A stretch of 64,000 bases of DNA from Candidatus Zixiibacteriota bacterium (GCA_037441845.1 JBBIRK010000004.1:32001-96000); one strand, 5' to 3'. Positions 18,963 through 29,325 are shown, counted from the stretch's first letter. Numbers and translations: made by a program. The notes: a model not told the origin generated them from the sequence alone.

Positions 18963-20711
18963 GTGCGAGTCATGAAAATTCACAACGCATTAGCGGCAAT
19001 GACTTTGCTGTTCGTTTCGGCGAACGTTCCTTCGGTCCTGTCTGCTCCCCTGATGGAGATCACCAACGTCAAACCGAATACCGTGCACACGGCCGGTTTC
19101 GAGCTTCTAAAAGCGGGCCGGTTGAAAATCGAAGCCGTCGGTATCCAGCTTCGTTACAGCGAGGATATGAATGCTTTGGCCTGGATTATCGACAGCCAAA
19201 CCAGACAACCCGTCTGGGAGATGACAACCTCTGAAACGGATCGTGTAAGAGGCGAAAAAAATCTCCGGAAGTCATCGACCGACAAACTGTTCAAAGCCGG
19301 CAAATACGAACTGTATTACTACGCCGGCGATTTCATGTTCGGTTCGGTTTCAATCAAAGGAACGGGTGATTTTTTCGAATTTTTCGGCGATCTGCTGGGC
19401 AACAAACGCTACGATGAATTCGACAGGTTGTTGGATAGGTGCAACGTCAAAATATCATCGGACGAGATCGGCAAATCGGATATCAAGACGTTTGAAGTCA
19501 GCGGCGTGATTCCCGGGGCGGTTTTGATCGAAAACAAGCTGGGCGATTCGGAATACATTCAGAGGGCATTTCGGATCGACCGCCCCATGGAAATTCGCAT
19601 CTATTCCATATTCGAAAATCCCGGCGGGGGGGATTCGCCGGCCGACTACGGCTGGATAATCGATGCCGAAACCCGAGCCAAGGTCTGGGAAATAAGCCGC
19701 TGGAACAGCCGCTGGGCGGGCGGCGGCGATAAGAACCGAAAATCGGACCAGACCGTTAAATTCGAAAAAGGGGATTATATTCTTTATTTCGTGACCGACG
19801 ATTCTCATTCCTACCCCGATTTCAACGTCCAGCCGCCGAACGATCCGTTGAACTGGGGAATCTCCCTGATTCTCACCGATCCCGCGGATCGCGCGTATTT
19901 TTCGACCCGGCCGCTTCCCGAGAAAAAGGCCGCCCTGATCGAATTCGCCAGGGTCGGCGACAGCGAATTTTTCGAACAACGTTTCAAACTTACCCGCGAG
20001 ACGACCATTCATATATATGCAATCGGCGAGATGGGCGGCAACAAGGAATTCGCCGATTACGGTTGGGTACAGGATGCGCTTTCGGGAAGGATAGTATGGG
20101 AGATGACCGCGTTGAATACCGAGCATGCCGGAGGTGCGCGCAAGAACCGTCTGTTCGATTCCGAAGTAACTTTGCCTCGCGGCGAATACACGTTGTTTTA
20201 TATCAGCGATGACTCCCACTCTTACGATGACTGGAATGATTCGCCGCCGTTCGACCCGAAAGCATGGGGTGTCACGCTGTATCCGGGCAAAGGATATAAG
20301 GAGGGGGACTTAGTGAAACTATCGCAAGCGGACCAGTCGTCCGGCTCCAACGTACTGGTGAAGATGGTCGGAGTCAGAGACGGTGAGCACCGGCGGGACA
20401 CTTTCGTTTTGAAAAAGCAGACGCGGCTGCACATTTATGCGATAGGCGAGGGCGATTCCGACGAGATGTACGATTACGGCTGGATCATCGATAAATTGAC
20501 CGGCAGAGCGGTCTGGGAGATGACCTGGCGCAATACGGAACCTGCCGGCGGCGCCCGCAAGAATCGGATGTTCAACGACAATATAATACTTGATCAAGGA
20601 ACTTATGAGGTTCATTTCCGCACCGACGATTCCCATTCTTTCGGCGACTGGAACGCACCGAAGCCGAGAGACCCCTACAACTGGGGAATCACGGTGAGTG
20701 TCGTCGAATAG
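18963..20711 (+). CDS. Secreted hypothetical protein with four tandem ~140-aa domains
   Basis: Signal peptide; repeated DYGW..D...VWEMT..N...AGG..KNR...G.Y......DDSHS...[WF]N..P..DP..WG. Confidence 0.85.
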   Translation: MRVMKIHNALAAMTLLFVSANVPSVLSAPLMEITNVKPNTVHTAGFELLKAGRLKIEAVGIQLRYSEDMNALAWIIDSQTRQPVWEMTTSETDRVRGEKNLRKSSTDKLFKAGKYELYYYAGDFMFGSVSIKGTGDFFEFFGDLLGNKRYDEFDRLLDRCNVKISSDEIGKSDIKTFEVSGVIPGAVLIENKLGDSEYIQRAFRIDRPMEIRIYSIFENPGGGDSPADYGWIIDAETRAKVWEISRWNSRWAGGGDKNRKSDQTVKFEKGDYILYFVTDDSHSYPDFNVQPPNDPLNWGISLILTDPADRAYFSTRPLPEKKAALIEFARVGDSEFFEQRFKLTRETTIHIYAIGEMGGNKEFADYGWVQDALSGRIVWEMTALNTEHAGGARKNRLFDSEVTLPRGEYTLFYISDDSHSYDDWNDSPPFDPKAWGVTLYPGKGYKEGDLVKLSQADQSSGSNVLVKMVGVRDGEHRRDTFVLKKQTRLHIYAIGEGDSDEMYDYGWIIDKLTGRAVWEMTWRNTEPAGGARKNRMFNDNIILDQGTYEVHFRTDDSHSFGDWNAPKPRDPYNWGITVSVVE

Positions 20712-20736
20712 ATTCTCCCTTATCTCCTCATCCGTG

Positions 20737-20764
20737 AAGCGGCCTTTCCCCGGGCCGCTTTTTT
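20737..20764 (+). terminator. Intrinsic terminator
   Basis: AAGCGGCC...GGCCGCTT stem followed by a T-run. Confidence 0.8.
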
Positions 20765-20852
20765 ATGGATGCCGAATCGACGGAAATATATTGATGATTT
20801 GTCGGTCAAGTTGTGTTATGATTGAAAGTAGGAACCGAAGAAAGGAGAAAGA

Positions 20853-21731
20853 ATGAAAAAAGCGGCGGCGATTTCATTGGCGGCGGTCATGCTCTTCGCG
20901 GCGAACCTGTCTGCCAATCCCTGGTCTAAATCACTTGACCTTAACCTGACGATAACCCAAAACAGCTACTCCGACAGCTGGAAGGGCGGCGAGGCGGGAA
21001 GCGCCAGCTGGGCGGCCAATGCCGCAGGAATTTTCGAAAAGCAGGCGTCCGCTTCTTTTCGCAACAAGACCACGGTTAAGCTCTCTTTCGGTCAGACGCA
21101 CGTTCAGGACAAGGACACCAAACAGTGGGCCAAACCTCAGAAATCGACCGATCTGATCGATATCGAAAATCTCGGTTTGTTCACGCTCAATTCTTTCGTC
21201 GACCCTTATATCGCGTTAAGGCTTGAAGCCCAATTTCTCGATGCTTCCGTAAGCGAAATCGGTCGGTATTTCTCGCCTGCCAAATTCACCGAATCGGGCG
21301 GGATAGCCCGGGTGTTTTACCGGGCCGACAAGAACGAATTGATCAGCCGTCTCGGGTTTGCGCTGCGCCAAACGGTGACTTCGACGGTGGTGGATACGGC
21401 CGCTAAAACGACCGAAACGAAAAGCACGCAGGACGGTGGGGTGGAGATGGTGAGCGATTTCAAACAGGCGATCTCATCGACGCTGATGATCACCTCGAAG
21501 CTATCGCTTTACAAGGCATTGTTCTTTTCCAAAGCCGACGATTTCAAGGGGACGGTCGCCGAGGATTATTGGAAAGCCGTGGATATCAATTTCGAAAACA
21601 AAATTTCGGCATCGGTGGCGAAATACGTTGAAGTATCGCTTTATTTGCAAACTTTGTACGACAAGGAGATCGATCTTCGGGGGCGATTCAAGCAGACTCT
21701 GGCTTTGGGGCTGACGTATAAATTATTCTAA
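20853..21731 (+). CDS. DUF3078-like outer-membrane beta-barrel protein
   Basis: Signal peptide, TQNSYSDSWKGGE, C-terminal KQTLALGLTYKLF. Confidence 0.75.
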   Translation: MKKAAAISLAAVMLFAANLSANPWSKSLDLNLTITQNSYSDSWKGGEAGSASWAANAAGIFEKQASASFRNKTTVKLSFGQTHVQDKDTKQWAKPQKSTDLIDIENLGLFTLNSFVDPYIALRLEAQFLDASVSEIGRYFSPAKFTESGGIARVFYRADKNELISRLGFALRQTVTSTVVDTAAKTTETKSTQDGGVEMVSDFKQAISSTLMITSKLSLYKALFFSKADDFKGTVAEDYWKAVDINFENKISASVAKYVEVSLYLQTLYDKEIDLRGRFKQTLALGLTYKLF

Positions 21732-21772
21732 GCGGAACGGAAGCGAACGGCATATCGAACGGGTATGCCGTT

Positions 21773-22084
21773 TTATTTATCTGTTTTGAATCCTATGTTT
21801 TTTTCTTCCTGACCGTAGATTTTTATCTGCCCGAAATCGTTTTCGTATTTCTTTATGTTTTCCTCGAGCGACCGCAGCAGCATTTTGGCGTGGGCCGGGG
21901 TCATGATCACACGGGCGTAAATTTTGGCCTTATTGACTCCCGGCATCACTCTGGCGAAATCGAAAATGAATTCCTGCGGCGATATCACGATTAAAGCCAT
22001 ATTCGAATAGATCCCTTCGGATTCTTTTTCCGGCAGTTCCACATTTATCTGCCGCGCGGGGTGTTTTTCGTTCATCGTTTTCAC
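21773..22084 (-). CDS. DUF3467 family protein
   Basis: EGIYSN....S..EF.FDFA..MPG......RVIMTP.HAK. Confidence 0.85.
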   Translation of the reverse strand: MKTMNEKHPARQINVELPEKESEGIYSNMALIVISPQEFIFDFARVMPGVNKAKIYARVIMTPAHAKMLLRSLEENIKKYENDFGQIKIYGQEEKNIGFKTDK

Positions 22085-22156
22085 TCCTGTTTTGCCTTGC
22101 CTAATTTACGGCAGGATAATATAATTTACGCCCATGTCAATACAAAAGGTCTGTCG

Positions 22157-23176
22157 GTGAACAAATCGAAATTGGGAAAAATATTTTCGGGCATGAAAAA
22201 GGCGCGGATTCTGGTTATCGGCGACCTCATGCTCGACCGCTACCTTTGGGGCGCAGTGTCGAGAATATCCCCGGAAGCGCCGGTGCCCATCGTTGAAATC
22301 CAGAACGAGGAGCACCTTCTGGGGGGTGCGGCCAACGTTGCCATGAACATAGCCGCCTTGGGCGGCAGAGCGCACCTTGCCGGAGTCATAGGCAAAGACG
22401 AATTCGGGAAAAAGCTGAGTGCTCTGGCCCGAAAAAACCGACTCGATATAGCCGGGGTATTTGCCGATAACGGCCGACCCACGACCGTAAAGACCAGAAT
22501 AATCGCCCACAATCAGCAGATAGTCAGGGCCGATCGGGAAAAACGCGATCGGCTTTCATCCGGGCTGCGGAGGAAATTGTCCGCTTACGCGGCGGATTTG
22601 TTGCCTCTGGTCGATGCGGTCATAATTTCCGACTACGGCAAGGGTGTTATCGACGCCGAATTGGTGAAGTTCGTCACGGGGGAATGTCGACGACGAGATA
22701 TATTCGTGGCCGTGGATCCTAAGGAAACGAATTTTTACGATTACAGGCATGTTTCGACGATAACCCCGAATCATCATGAGGCGGGGTTCGTGGCCGGTCG
22801 AAAGATTATTGATGACCGCAGCCTCGAGGAGGTCGGTTGGATGCTTCTCGAGCGCTTGGAAGCGGGATCGGTGCTTATAACTCTCGGAGAAAAAGGGATG
22901 GCTCTCTTCGAGAACAATATATCAGGGGGCAAGGCGCGCCGCAGTTTGACTCTAATTCCGACGATGGCCCGAAAGGTATTCGACGTGACCGGGGCCGGAG
23001 ATACGGTAATCGCGGCGATGACTCTTGCGGCCGCCGCCGGCGCATCTCTCAAAGAAGCCGCTTTCATCGCCAACATCGCTGCCGGCGAGGTGGTGGCTGA
23101 AATCGGCACCGCCCAGGTCGAATGGGATCGGCTTCGCAGCCTGACCCTGGAACGCGCCGATCAAGCGGAATTTTGA
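22157..23176 (+). CDS. rfaE1: D-glycero-beta-D-manno-heptose-7-phosphate kinase (PfkB family)
   Basis: GDLMLD.Y..G.VSRISPEAPVP, GGAANVA, SDYGKG, DVTGAGDT; start uncertain (22157 or 22193). Confidence 0.92.
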   Translation: MNKSKLGKIFSGMKKARILVIGDLMLDRYLWGAVSRISPEAPVPIVEIQNEEHLLGGAANVAMNIAALGGRAHLAGVIGKDEFGKKLSALARKNRLDIAGVFADNGRPTTVKTRIIAHNQQIVRADREKRDRLSSGLRRKLSAYAADLLPLVDAVIISDYGKGVIDAELVKFVTGECRRRDIFVAVDPKETNFYDYRHVSTITPNHHEAGFVAGRKIIDDRSLEEVGWMLLERLEAGSVLITLGEKGMALFENNISGGKARRSLTLIPTMARKVFDVTGAGDTVIAAMTLAAAAGASLKEAAFIANIAAGEVVAEIGTAQVEWDRLRSLTLERADQAEF

Positions 23177-23228
23177 AACCGGGTGCTGTGCCTTTCAGGT
23201 GCGTTGTTAGTCGGACAAAGGCGAATTA

Positions 23229-23702
23229 ATGGGAAAAACGATAAGCCAGAGCGAGGCGGTCGCAATTCGTAATCGATACCGCCGTCTCGGGAAAAAGGTC
23301 GTCTTCACAAACGGTTGTTTCGATATCATCCATCGCGGCCATATAGAATACCTCGCCAAAGCAAGGAAGCTGGGCGATCTGCTGATAGTGGGCCTTAACA
23401 GCGACAACTCGGTGCGAAAACTGAAAGGTAAGGGCCGTCCGGTGATTCGACAGCAGGATCGCGCGTTCATATTATCCCATCTTGATATGGTGGACTACGT
23501 AGTCATATTCGATTCCCTCACTCCGCTAAGATTGATTCGAAAATTGGCTCCCGATGTTTTGGTCAAAGGCGGTGATTACAAGCCCGCAAATATAGTGGGC
23601 GCCGACGACGTTCGGGCAGCCGGAGGAGAGGTTGTAATTATTGGCTATATTCCGGGCCGTTCGACGTCGGCCATAATCGATCGCCTGCGCGTATCGAAGT
23701 AG
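23229..23702 (+). CDS. rfaE2: D-glycero-beta-D-manno-heptose-1-phosphate adenylyltransferase
   Basis: FTNGCFDIIH.GH, VGLNSD.SV..LKG, LVKGGDY. Confidence 0.94.
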   Translation: MGKTISQSEAVAIRNRYRRLGKKVVFTNGCFDIIHRGHIEYLAKARKLGDLLIVGLNSDNSVRKLKGKGRPVIRQQDRAFILSHLDMVDYVVIFDSLTPLRLIRKLAPDVLVKGGDYKPANIVGADDVRAAGGEVVIIGYIPGRSTSAIIDRLRVSK

Positions 23703-23851
23703 TTTTTCAATACCCATTCCGAAATTGATAAGATTGCGTATCCTCTCTAACATTCGTTTAATTCAGGCGGTTTGCTCACGAGTTGAACGCGATATCGGGG
23801 TTGCACGATTTGACATAATCAATAACGGGATAACGAATTAGGGGATTGCGC

Positions 23852-23880
23852 TTGACAGAAGACGGGTTTAGGCATATAAT
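23852..23880 (+). promoter_or_regulatory. Consensus sigma-70 promoter
   Basis: Exact TTGACA-17 nt-TATAAT. Confidence 0.8.
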
Positions 23881-23906
23881 TAAAACCCTTAACCGGAAAT
23901 TTGAGT

Positions 23907-24575
23907 ATGGAAATCGAACAACCAACATCGCCGGATATAGAAGCATTCAGGGCGATGGAACTGCTTAAAGCGGGAGATAAGATCAGAGCGATAAATCTTT
24001 GTCACAAGGCCCTCGATGATTTCGGGCCCAACGGTAACCTCTTTCTGGTAAAGGCAAGAGCACATCTTGAGTTGGGTGATGCCGGCTTTGCCGAAGATGC
24101 GCTGTTGAAATTGCTTCATGAAGATCCCGAGCATCCGGCGGGATGGGCGATGTTGGGCGAGGTTTATTTCCGGCAGGAAAGAACGCTGAAAGTTGAATAT
24201 TGCCGCCGTCGTTTGGCTCAGATATTTCCGGCGTTCAGCGATTATATCAAGGCTAATGAAGACAGCATTGGTGCGCCGGTTGAAAATCAGCGAAAAGGGG
24301 ATACGGGCATAACCCATGTGCCGATCGAGGAGCTTGATTCGAGCGGCATGGTCCCGCTCGATGACCTCAGGGGTGCATCCTCAAATGAAGGTATAGGCGA
24401 GGAAAGTTCGGCGGGAGACATTTTCGAAACATCGACGTTCGCCGAAATCTGCTTGGCTCAAGGCAAATACGAGAAGGCGCTCGAAATATATCGAAACCTT
24501 TTGAAACATAATCCCGAAAACGAGACATATATCAGCAAAGTGAACATGCTTCAATCGAGATTGGAAAACAGATGA
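23907..24575 (+). CDS. TPR protein
   Basis: N-terminal TPRs and a C-terminal T.TFAE....QG...KA..IY..LL motif. Confidence 0.75.
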   Translation: MEIEQPTSPDIEAFRAMELLKAGDKIRAINLCHKALDDFGPNGNLFLVKARAHLELGDAGFAEDALLKLLHEDPEHPAGWAMLGEVYFRQERTLKVEYCRRRLAQIFPAFSDYIKANEDSIGAPVENQRKGDTGITHVPIEELDSSGMVPLDDLRGASSNEGIGEESSAGDIFETSTFAEICLAQGKYEKALEIYRNLLKHNPENETYISKVNMLQSRLENR

Positions 24576-25642
24576 CCGGCGCACGCTTGAATCAGGCTTT
24601 CGGCTTGATGAAAAAATCAAAATTCGACGTATTCATCGTCAGCAAATTAAGCAACGTTCATTATCTTTCCGGCTATTCGGGCACCAACGGAATGGTTGTG
24701 CTGGCGCCGCCCAAGGCGTTTTTCCTGACCGATTTCCGTTATGCCGTGCAGGCCCGCAAAGAGGTCAAGAACTGTCAGGTTATAATAGCCGAACGCGATC
24801 TTTTGGGCGAACTGGTTCATCTTCCGTGTTTCCGGGCCGGCGTCAAAACCGGCTTCGAATCGGGCACGGTGACCGTAAGGATTTTCGATAAGATCAAGGA
24901 ATTGCTTCCCGAAATCGTTCTGGAACCGGCGGAAAATCTGGTGGAATCGTTGTCGATCATAAAAGACCAATCTGAGATCAACAAGATAAAGCGCGCTTGC
25001 AAGATCACCGATTCCGTTTTCGCCGAATCGCTCAAATTGATCAAGCCCGGGATGAAGGAAAAAGACCTCGCTCTGGAAATACTTTGCCGCATGATCAAGC
25101 ACGGAGCCGATGGAGCATCGTTCGATTTTATCGTGGCTTCGGGCCAAAGATCGAGCATGCCGCACGGAAGAGCATCCGACCGAAAGTTCAAGAAAGGCGA
25201 TTTTATCACGATAGATATCGGCTGTTTCGTGGATGGATACGCTTCGGATCTCACTCGAACGGTGGTTCTGGGCAAAGCCTCCGCCAAACAGAAAAAAATA
25301 TATCAAATCGTATTGGAAGCGCAGGAAGCAGCTATCGCGGCGGTCAAACCGGGGCTGCCGGCGAAAGAGCTTGACATGGTGGCTCGAAATATCATAAACA
25401 AAGCAGGTTACGGTGACTATTTCGGGCACGGCCTGGGGCATGGCCTGGGGCTGGAAGTCCACGACCTTCCGGCCATCAATCCGAGAAGCGCCGATACGAT
25501 TGCGGCCGGTCAGGTATTTACGATTGAGCCGGGGATTTACATTCCCAATTGGGGCGGCGTGCGGATAGAGGATGATGTGCTTGTCACCCCCACCGGCGCT
25601 CGGACGCTGACGCGCGCTCCGAAACATTTGATCGAACTTTAA
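24572..25642 (+). CDS. pepP: Xaa-Pro aminopeptidase (M24B)
   Basis: TDFRY, DIGC...GYASD.TRT, HGLGHGLGLEVH, TIEPGIY, GVRIEDD. Confidence 0.92.
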   Translation: MTGARLNQAFGLMKKSKFDVFIVSKLSNVHYLSGYSGTNGMVVLAPPKAFFLTDFRYAVQARKEVKNCQVIIAERDLLGELVHLPCFRAGVKTGFESGTVTVRIFDKIKELLPEIVLEPAENLVESLSIIKDQSEINKIKRACKITDSVFAESLKLIKPGMKEKDLALEILCRMIKHGADGASFDFIVASGQRSSMPHGRASDRKFKKGDFITIDIGCFVDGYASDLTRTVVLGKASAKQKKIYQIVLEAQEAAIAAVKPGLPAKELDMVARNIINKAGYGDYFGHGLGHGLGLEVHDLPAINPRSADTIAAGQVFTIEPGIYIPNWGGVRIEDDVLVTPTGARTLTRAPKHLIEL

Positions 25643-25656
25643 GCAAGGGGAGAATA

Positions 25657-26142
25657 ATGAGGACCTCCAAGATTAGAGCGTTGATCAGGCTTGTCGAAGA
25701 TTCAGCTATCGATGAGCTTGAAGTCTCGTACTGGGGGAGGAAAGTGCGCATCCGGAAAAATATCCCTGTCTCCGATAACAATAACGGACATCGACCTCAA
25801 GTTACGATGGCGGTTCCCGATAAGGTAATTGAAGCAACCGTGGCGGCATCGACGAGTGCGGGTGCGCCTGCACCGGCCAAAGAAAAAGCGCAGGCGGATA
25901 ACTTGCTCGAAATCAAGTCGCCCATGGTCGGCACGTTCTATAGGGCGCCGGCTCCGGATGCCAAGCCCTTTGTCGAGGTTGGCGATAAAATAAGCCGCGG
26001 GCAGGTGGTATGCATTATCGAGGCCATGAAATTGATGAACGAAATCGAGTCCGAGTTCGCCGGACGAGTGGTCGAGATATTGGTGCAGAATTCCCAGCCG
26101 GTTCAATTCGGCCAACCGCTGTTTTTGATCGAACCAGCCTGA
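25657..26142 (+). CDS. accB: Acetyl-CoA carboxylase biotin carboxyl carrier protein
   Basis: SPMVGTFY, IIEAMKLMNEIE. Confidence 0.96.
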   Translation: MRTSKIRALIRLVEDSAIDELEVSYWGRKVRIRKNIPVSDNNNGHRPQVTMAVPDKVIEATVAASTSAGAPAPAKEKAQADNLLEIKSPMVGTFYRAPAPDAKPFVEVGDKISRGQVVCIIEAMKLMNEIESEFAGRVVEILVQNSQPVQFGQPLFLIEPA

Positions 26143-26208
26143 TCGTCAATTCGATAAAATTCCTATATTGCAAAAAGCCGGACTCCACAAGATCTCCGAG
26201 GAGTGTCT

Positions 26209-27336
26209 ATGACATTTAAGGAAATGATCCAGCAGATGCTTTCGCAGAACGCCTCCGATCTTCATCTCCGGGTCGGATTGAGACCGACTTTGAGGGTCGA
26301 TGGCAAACTGGTCCCAGCAGATGACCAAGTGCTGATGCCTCCCGATATGGAAAAGATACTTTCGCAGATTCTCACGGAAAGCCAGGTGCAAAAATTCCAC
26401 GCGAAACGGGAAATGGATCTGGCTTTATCCATTTCCAAAATGGGGAGATTCAGAATCAACTTGTATAAGCAAAGAGGCACGGTAGGCATCGCCATAAGGC
26501 AGGTAAATACCATAATCCCCACTTTCGAAGAATTGAATATGCCGGAAATTATAAAGGATATCGCCAACGCGCGGCATGGCCTGATAATCGTCACCGGCAC
26601 GACCGGGTCCGGCAAATCGACCACGCTGGCGGCGATGATCGAGTATATCAATTCGACGCGAGCCGAAAATATCCTGACGATCGAAGATCCGATCGAATAT
26701 ATCTACCGAGATAAGAGGTCGATCATCTCACAGCGCGAGGTGGGCGGCGACACCGATTCCTTTTCCAGCGCCTTAAGGCATGCTTTCAGGCAGGATCCCG
26801 ATATCATTCTGATCGGCGAGATCCGCGATGCCGAGACTATGGGGATCGCACTCACCGCGGCCGATACCGGGCATCTCGTGTTGACTACTCTCCATACCTT
26901 GAATGCGGTCGAGACCATCTCCCGCATTATTTCGTTTTTCCCGCCCCATCAGCATCAACAAATAAGATTGCTTTTGGCGGGAACACTGAAGTCGATAATC
27001 TGTCAGAAACTTCTGCCCCGCTGCGATGGTCCCGGGCGGGTGCCGGCGGTCGAAATCATGGTCAGCACTCATTCCATAAGGGAATATATAATCGACCAGA
27101 TGAAGACACCGTTAATAAGCGAGTTGATCGAACAGGGTACGGTGCAGTACGGAATGCAAAGTTTCGATCAATCGTTGATGAAACTTTTCCGCTCGGGTCT
27201 GATAAGCTACGACGACGCTTTGGCCCATTCGACCAACCCGGACGACTTCGATCTGCGGGCGAAAGGGATAACCAGCGCTTCCGACCGCGGTTGGAGCGAC
27301 GTGGTAAGCGAACCGAAGAAAGACCAGTTGTTTTAG
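26209..27336 (+). CDS. pilT: PilT/PilU-family type IV pilus retraction ATPase
   Basis: ASDLHL, GTTGSGKSTTLA, TIEDPIEY, RQDPD.I.IGEIRD, TGHLV.TTLHT; SD GAGGAG before ATG 26209. Confidence 0.92.
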   Translation: MTFKEMIQQMLSQNASDLHLRVGLRPTLRVDGKLVPADDQVLMPPDMEKILSQILTESQVQKFHAKREMDLALSISKMGRFRINLYKQRGTVGIAIRQVNTIIPTFEELNMPEIIKDIANARHGLIIVTGTTGSGKSTTLAAMIEYINSTRAENILTIEDPIEYIYRDKRSIISQREVGGDTDSFSSALRHAFRQDPDIILIGEIRDAETMGIALTAADTGHLVLTTLHTLNAVETISRIISFFPPHQHQQIRLLLAGTLKSIICQKLLPRCDGPGRVPAVEIMVSTHSIREYIIDQMKTPLISELIEQGTVQYGMQSFDQSLMKLFRSGLISYDDALAHSTNPDDFDLRAKGITSASDRGWSDVVSEPKKDQLF

Positions 27337-27475
27337 TTTACCGATATTTTGTCGGCTCTTGGCGGCTATTGTCGGGTAATCGTCGGCCGGAGGGTAAGCG
27401 GTATCTTTTCCTGATTTTCAACGCTGCGACGCCGTCGGGTGACGGAGGCGGCGAACTTTCTTTGACTACAAATCG

Positions 27476-27503
27476 TTGACAGTTAGGATTAAATTGATAT
27501 ATT
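27476..27503 (+). promoter_or_regulatory. Sigma-70 promoter for accC-gcv
   Basis: TTGACA-16 nt-TATATT with TGn extension. Confidence 0.6.
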
Positions 27504-27568
27504 TTTTAATTTAAGGTCGAGGGGCGAAGCGCCTCCCGATGATAGGGCTTTGATAAAAGGCGGAATAT

Positions 27569-28951
27569 CTGTTCAGAAAAATACTGATCGCCAATAGGGG
27601 CGAAATAGCACTTCGAATAATCCGAGCCTGCAAAGAGCTCGGAATATCCACTGTCGCAGTGTATTCCGAGGCCGATGCCGACTCATTGCATGTCCGGTTC
27701 GCCGACGAGGATATCTGTATCGGTCCCGGTCGGGCATCGGAGAGCTATCTCGACCCCAAGCGGGTGATCGCCGCCGCCGAGGTTACCAACGCCGATGCCA
27801 TCCATCCCGGCTACGGTTTTCTTGCCGAGAACGCCGATTTCGCCGAGATCTGCGAATCCTGCGATATCAAGTTCATCGGGCCGACCCCCAGAGTCATACA
27901 ACTGCTCGGCGATAAATCTTTAGCCAAAATCAACATGAAATCGGCCGGGGTGCCGATCGTGCCTGGTTCCGGCGGTGTTGTGGCGAGCTATGAAGAGGCG
28001 GTGGAAATCGCCAAAAATATCGGTTACCCGATCATGATAAAGGCGGTGGCTGGTGGCGGCGGACGCGGTATGCGTCTTGTGCACGAACCCGGCGAATTGA
28101 AGGGTTCGTTCGAAACCGCCATGGCCGAGGCGGGAGCAGCATTCGGGTCTCCGGCGGTCTATATCGAAAAGTATGTGGCCAATCCGCGCCACGTCGAGAT
28201 TCAAATAATGGCCGATAATTACGGCAACATAATCCACCTCGGCGAGCGTGATTGCACGGTCCAAAGGCGGCACCAGAAACTTATCGAAGAATCGCCCTCG
28301 CCGGTGATCAGCGAAGAGCTTCGCCGGAAAATGGGGGCGGCCGCGGTTACCGGAGCCAAAGCTGTCGGCTACACCAGTCTGGGCACAGTGGAGTTCCTTG
28401 TCGATGGTCAGGGGAATTTCTATTTTCTGGAAGTGAACACCAGAATCCAGGTGGAACATACGGTCACCGAGCAAGTGACCAATATAGATTTGGTCAAGGA
28501 ACAAATCGAGATGGCGGCCGGTAAGAAGCTCGCATTCAGGCAGGATGACGTCAAGTTCCGCGGACATGCGATCGAATGCCGGATCAACGCCGAGGATACA
28601 TCGAAAAATTTCGTTCCGATGCCGGGCAAGATAACCACATTTCACACTCCGGGCGGGCTCGGCGTTCGGGTCGATACCCACGCTTATGCCGGATATGAAA
28701 TGCCGCCCTATTACGATTCGTTGGTGGCCAAGTTGATTGTTTGGGGGCAGGACCGGGCCGAGGCGCTCTTGCGGATGCGCCGGGCGCTGGATGAATTCGT
28801 GGTCGAGGGAATTCCGACGCCGATCGAGCTTTACAAGAAAATTATCGAAGATCCCGTTTTTATTTTCGGAAATTATGATACCGGGTACGTTGAAAGGATT
28901 ATGGCCGGCAGGCAATCCGAACGCCCGGCCAAGAGTGAGGAGGTTACTTGA
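27569..28951 (+). CDS. accC: Acetyl-CoA carboxylase biotin carboxylase (probable CTG start)
   Basis: [13 protein letters not shown] starts right after CTG 27569; [35 protein letters not shown]. Confidence 0.95.
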   Translation: MFRKILIANRGEIALRIIRACKELGISTVAVYSEADADSLHVRFADEDICIGPGRASESYLDPKRVIAAAEVTNADAIHPGYGFLAENADFAEICESCDIKFIGPTPRVIQLLGDKSLAKINMKSAGVPIVPGSGGVVASYEEAVEIAKNIGYPIMIKAVAGGGGRGMRLVHEPGELKGSFETAMAEAGAAFGSPAVYIEKYVANPRHVEIQIMADNYGNIIHLGERDCTVQRRHQKLIEESPSPVISEELRRKMGAAAVTGAKAVGYTSLGTVEFLVDGQGNFYFLEVNTRIQVEHTVTEQVTNIDLVKEQIEMAAGKKLAFRQDDVKFRGHAIECRINAEDTSKNFVPMPGKITTFHTPGGLGVRVDTHAYAGYEMPPYYDSLVAKLIVWGQDRAEALLRMRRALDEFVVEGIPTPIELYKKIIEDPVFIFGNYDTGYVERIMAGRQSERPAKSEEVT

Positions 28952-29325
28952 TACCGCAGGATTTGAAATATACCAAGGAGCACGAGTGGGTCAAAGTCGT
29001 CGGCGACACCGGCGTGATTGGGATCACTGATTTCGCCCAAAGCGAATTGGGAGACATCGTTTTCGTCGAGCTTCCCAAAGTTGGAACCAAGACCGAGGCC
29101 ATGAAACCTTTCGGCACGATCGAGGCAGTCAAAGCGGTCTCGGATCTGTTTTCGCCGTTGACCGGAGAGGTGATCGAGGTAAATTCGGCGCTCGAATCGG
29201 ATGCCGGCGTGATAAACAGCGACCCCTACGGGGCCGGTTGGATAATCAAGCTGAAAATCGCCGACCCCGCCGAGCTGAATAACCTTCTTGACGCCGCAGC
29301 CTACGCGCAATTAATCGGAAAATAA
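28948..29325 (+). CDS. gcvH: Glycine cleavage system H protein
   Basis: [22 protein letters not shown], lipoyl EAVKA, DPYGAGW. Confidence 0.96.
   Translation: MIPQDLKYTKEHEWVKVVGDTGVIGITDFAQSELGDIVFVELPKVGTKTEAMKPFGTIEAVKAVSDLFSPLTGEVIEVNSALESDAGVINSDPYGAGWIIKLKIADPAELNNLLDAAAYAQLIGK

Noticed and set aside
22157..23702. Split hldE as a frameshifted pseudogene
   Set aside because: Separate rfaE1 and rfaE2 genes are well known, and both ORFs are complete.
27337..27475. GC-rich hairpins after pilT as a riboswitch (for example glycine, given gcv downstream)
   Set aside because: No recognisable aptamer consensus, and they lie upstream of the predicted accC promoter.
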